Assembly (NCBI GenBank): GCA_042408215.1
Contig: JAYFMW010000003.1
Span: 192,001-256,000 of the forward strand
Direction of reading: 5' to 3'
DNA from: Microcoleus sp.
GTDB taxonomy: Bacteria; Cyanobacteriota; Cyanobacteriia; Cyanobacteriales; Microcoleaceae
Length of the DNA stretch: 64,000 bases
Shown here: positions 61,996-64,000 of the stretch, one piece after another
Layout: each line of letters begins with the position of its first letter
Position numbering within the stretch: position 1 is the stretch's first letter
Translations under genes and position numbers: made by a program
Notes under the pieces: generated by a model
What the model was told of the DNA's origin: nothing
Seen by the model: the letters and a program-made list of their open reading frames with translations, nothing else
The model's database searches: none

Positions 61996-64000
61996 TTAAC
62001 GCACTTTTTCCCGATCGCTAATTCCGTCGCAGAGGTGGCGATCGCTTTGATTAACCTGAGACTTAACCTCAAGATAATTGCGAGTTAAATTGCAACCCTG
62101 CACCAGCAAATCATCAACATTCAAATTCCACAATATCACCGTACCATCATCACTAGCACTAGCGATCGTCTTGCCATCTGGACTAAAACTCGCACTCCAA
62201 ACAGCACTCTTATGTCCCTTTAAAGTTTTGAGCAATGTACCATCAATTTTCCACAATCTTACCATTTTGTCTGTGCTCGCCGATACCAGCATTAGGCGAT
62301 CGGGACTAAAGCTGACATTTGTGACTCGACTTGGATGTTTTAACATACTCAGCAGTTTGCCGTCTTTGCTCCAAATGCTTGCTGTTTGATCGGTATTTGC
62401 GATCGCAAACATTGTGCCATCAAAACTCAAACTTGTCTTCACAATTGTATCATTATCTACCTTAGTCACTTTGTCGTTATCCCCTGGATAAGTTTGAAGC
62501 AACTTGCCGTCAACTTGCCAAATTTTAACTATATTATCATCGCTAACTGAAACCAGCCTCTGACTATCGGCACTGAAATTTATACTTCTAATTTGAGCGC
62601 TATCACCTTTTAATACAGCTTTTAAACTGCCGTTAGCGTACCAAATTTTAATAGTACGATCGTCGCTATTTGTCGCCAGCATTTGACTATCTGGGCTGAA
62701 AGTAACAAAAGCTTGCTTAGTGGTTGAACAGGGAAAAATTAGGCGCTTATTAAAACTGTAAACTACTTGTTCCAGTGCCGTTAAAACCCGGATTTGGATA
62801 TCAGATGTCACTCCTAGCGATCGCCTCATTTCTTGGACAGCCCTAATGCTTTCTATTAAAGCTTCCGGTTTTTTGTCCGCTGCAAATAGCGTTTCCGAAA
62901 ACAAACTGAGAGTCAGGATTTTGTTGTTTCTTTCCTCAATAGAGGGTTGAACCCAGAAAGCAGCAATTAAGATGAATATCAGTAGTGTTGCACTTCCGGT
63001 AAAAATTTGCACTTTCAGTTGTTGTTCGCGCCAGAGTTTAACTTGAGTGGATTTTCTGAGTTTTTGCTCTGCGCTTAGTTGTTCTAATAACTGGTTTTCC
63101 CGACGCAATAGTTCTATTTCTGCTTGAGTTTGTTTTTCGCGATCGCACAATTCAGCAAATTCTGCCTCTTGGCTAGCAGCTAAAAATTGATAATCTTGAG
63201 TGCTCAAGCTTTTACCAGCAGCCCATTCTCGCGCATCTTGCAATGCTTGACCGCGCAATAATCGAGATTCATCTTGACAACTTGATACTATCCATGCTGT
63301 TAGGGATTCGGCATAGGGGCGTAAATCTTCTAGTGCTTTTTCTACCCAATTTTGGTTAAAAATAGAGGCATAAATGCGGTTAGATACCGTTAATTTTCCG
63401 CCTCGTTTTACTACTAATCCACTTAGCCGCAATTCAGTTTGTTCGTAGGTGTCATCAGCGCAGATCCCCCCTGCCCCCCTTAATAAGGGGGGTGATGAAA
63501 GTGGGTGATTTTCGCTCAGTTGCAATTCAGTTTGTTCGTAGGTGTCATCAGCGCAGATCCCCCCTGCCCCCCTTCTTAAGGGGGGTGATGAAAGTGGGTG
63601 ATTTCCACTCAGTCGTAATTCTGTTTGTTCGGGAGTATCATCAGATTCGATCCCCCCTGCCCCCCTTAATAAGGGGGGTGATGAAAGTGGGTGATTTTCG
63701 CTCAGTTGCAATTCAGTTTGTTCGTAGGTGTCATCAGCGCAGATCCCCCCTGCCCCCCTTAAGAATGGGGGTGATGAAAGTGGGTGATTTTCGCTCAGTT
63801 GCAATTCAGTTTGTTCGGGGGTATCATCAGATTTGATCCCCCCTGCCCCCCTTAAGAAGGGGGGTTCTGAGAGTGCTAATATTTTTTGATATAGTCCTAA
63901 TAACCTACTGGCGCGGTGCTGATTTCTCAAAAGGCGATCGCGAATTGTTTTCAAATGCGCTGGCTCATCAGAAGATTCCCAATTATCAATAATCTGAGAT
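61996..64000 (-). CDS. AAA_35-type ATPase / WD40-repeat protein, 3' part (5' end beyond the window)
   Basis: Frame open to the window edge (IIDNWESSDEPAHLKTIRDRLL); DESRLLRGQAL; TM segment; WD40 repeats. Confidence 0.85.
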   Translation of the reverse strand, partial: SQIIDNWESSDEPAHLKTIRDRLLRNQHRASRLLGLYQKILALSEPPFLRGAGGIKSDDTPEQTELQLSENHPLSSPPFLRGAGGICADDTYEQTELQLSENHPLSSPPLLRGAGGIESDDTPEQTELRLSGNHPLSSPPLRRGAGGICADDTYEQTELQLSENHPLSSPPLLRGAGGICADDTYEQTELRLSGLVVKRGGKLTVSNRIYASIFNQNWVEKALEDLRPYAESLTAWIVSSCQDESRLLRGQALQDAREWAAGKSLSTQDYQFLAASQEAEFAELCDREKQTQAEIELLRRENQLLEQLSAEQKLRKSTQVKLWREQQLKVQIFTGSATLLIFILIAAFWVQPSIEERNNKILTLSLFSETLFAADKKPEALIESIRAVQEMRRSLGVTSDIQIRVLTALEQVVYSFNKRLIFPCSTTKQAFVTFSPDSQMLATNSDDRTIKIWYANGSLKAVLKGDSAQIRSINFSADSQRLVSVSDDNIVKIWQVDGKLLQTYPGDNDKVTKVDNDTIVKTSLSFDGTMFAIANTDQTASIWSKDGKLLSMLKHPSRVTNVSFSPDRLMLVSASTDKMVRLWKIDGTLLKTLKGHKSAVWSASFSPDGKTIASASDDGTVILWNLNVDDLLVQGCNLTRNYLEVKSQVNQSDRHLCDGISDREKVR
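63421..63866 (-). repeat. In-frame tandem array, 5 x 93 bp (31 aa)
   Basis: GATCCCCCCTGCCCCCCTT recurs at 63463, 63556, 63649, 63742, 63835. Confidence 0.95.

Noticed and set aside
63421..63866. CRISPR-like array
   Set aside because: The whole 93 bp unit repeats, in frame inside a CDS; no unique spacers
1..64000. Over-representation of GCGATCGC
   Set aside because: This is the well-known cyanobacterial HIP1 motif, not novel

Overview
Chromosomal segment of a filamentous cyanobacterium. Frequent HIP1 octamers (GCGATCGC), heptamer STRR tracts and many small dispersed palindromic repeats suggest an Oscillatoriales (Microcoleus/Tychonema-like) genome; this is inference. Housekeeping genes include proS, rpmB, htpG, clpB, gloA, treS, sppA, aroH, crtR, pyk, a 5-oxoprolinase and tRNA-Thr(CGT). 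A ~12 kb heavy-metal cluster carries an OmpR-type two-component pair, an RND pump, adaptor and lipoprotein, a DUF305 protein, an HMA chaperone and a P1B ATPase, with recognisable operator motifs. Also present are an MBOAT/SGNH O-acetylation pair, tandem lipase-RTX paralogues, an intact tnpB-only IS200/IS605 element with definable ends, and several pseudogenes and MITEs. Most notable: (i) an AT-rich PD-(D/E)xK nuclease-like + ABC/AAA ATPase + TOPRIM-like trio (50315-52820), a candidate anti-phage system; (ii) in-frame invasion of coding genes by intergenic repeat families, with four families in one oxoprolinase and a 5x93 bp repeat-driven tandem array in a WD40 protein; (iii) MITEs nested in REP-like hairpins. 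All calls come from motif reading only; no database search was run.
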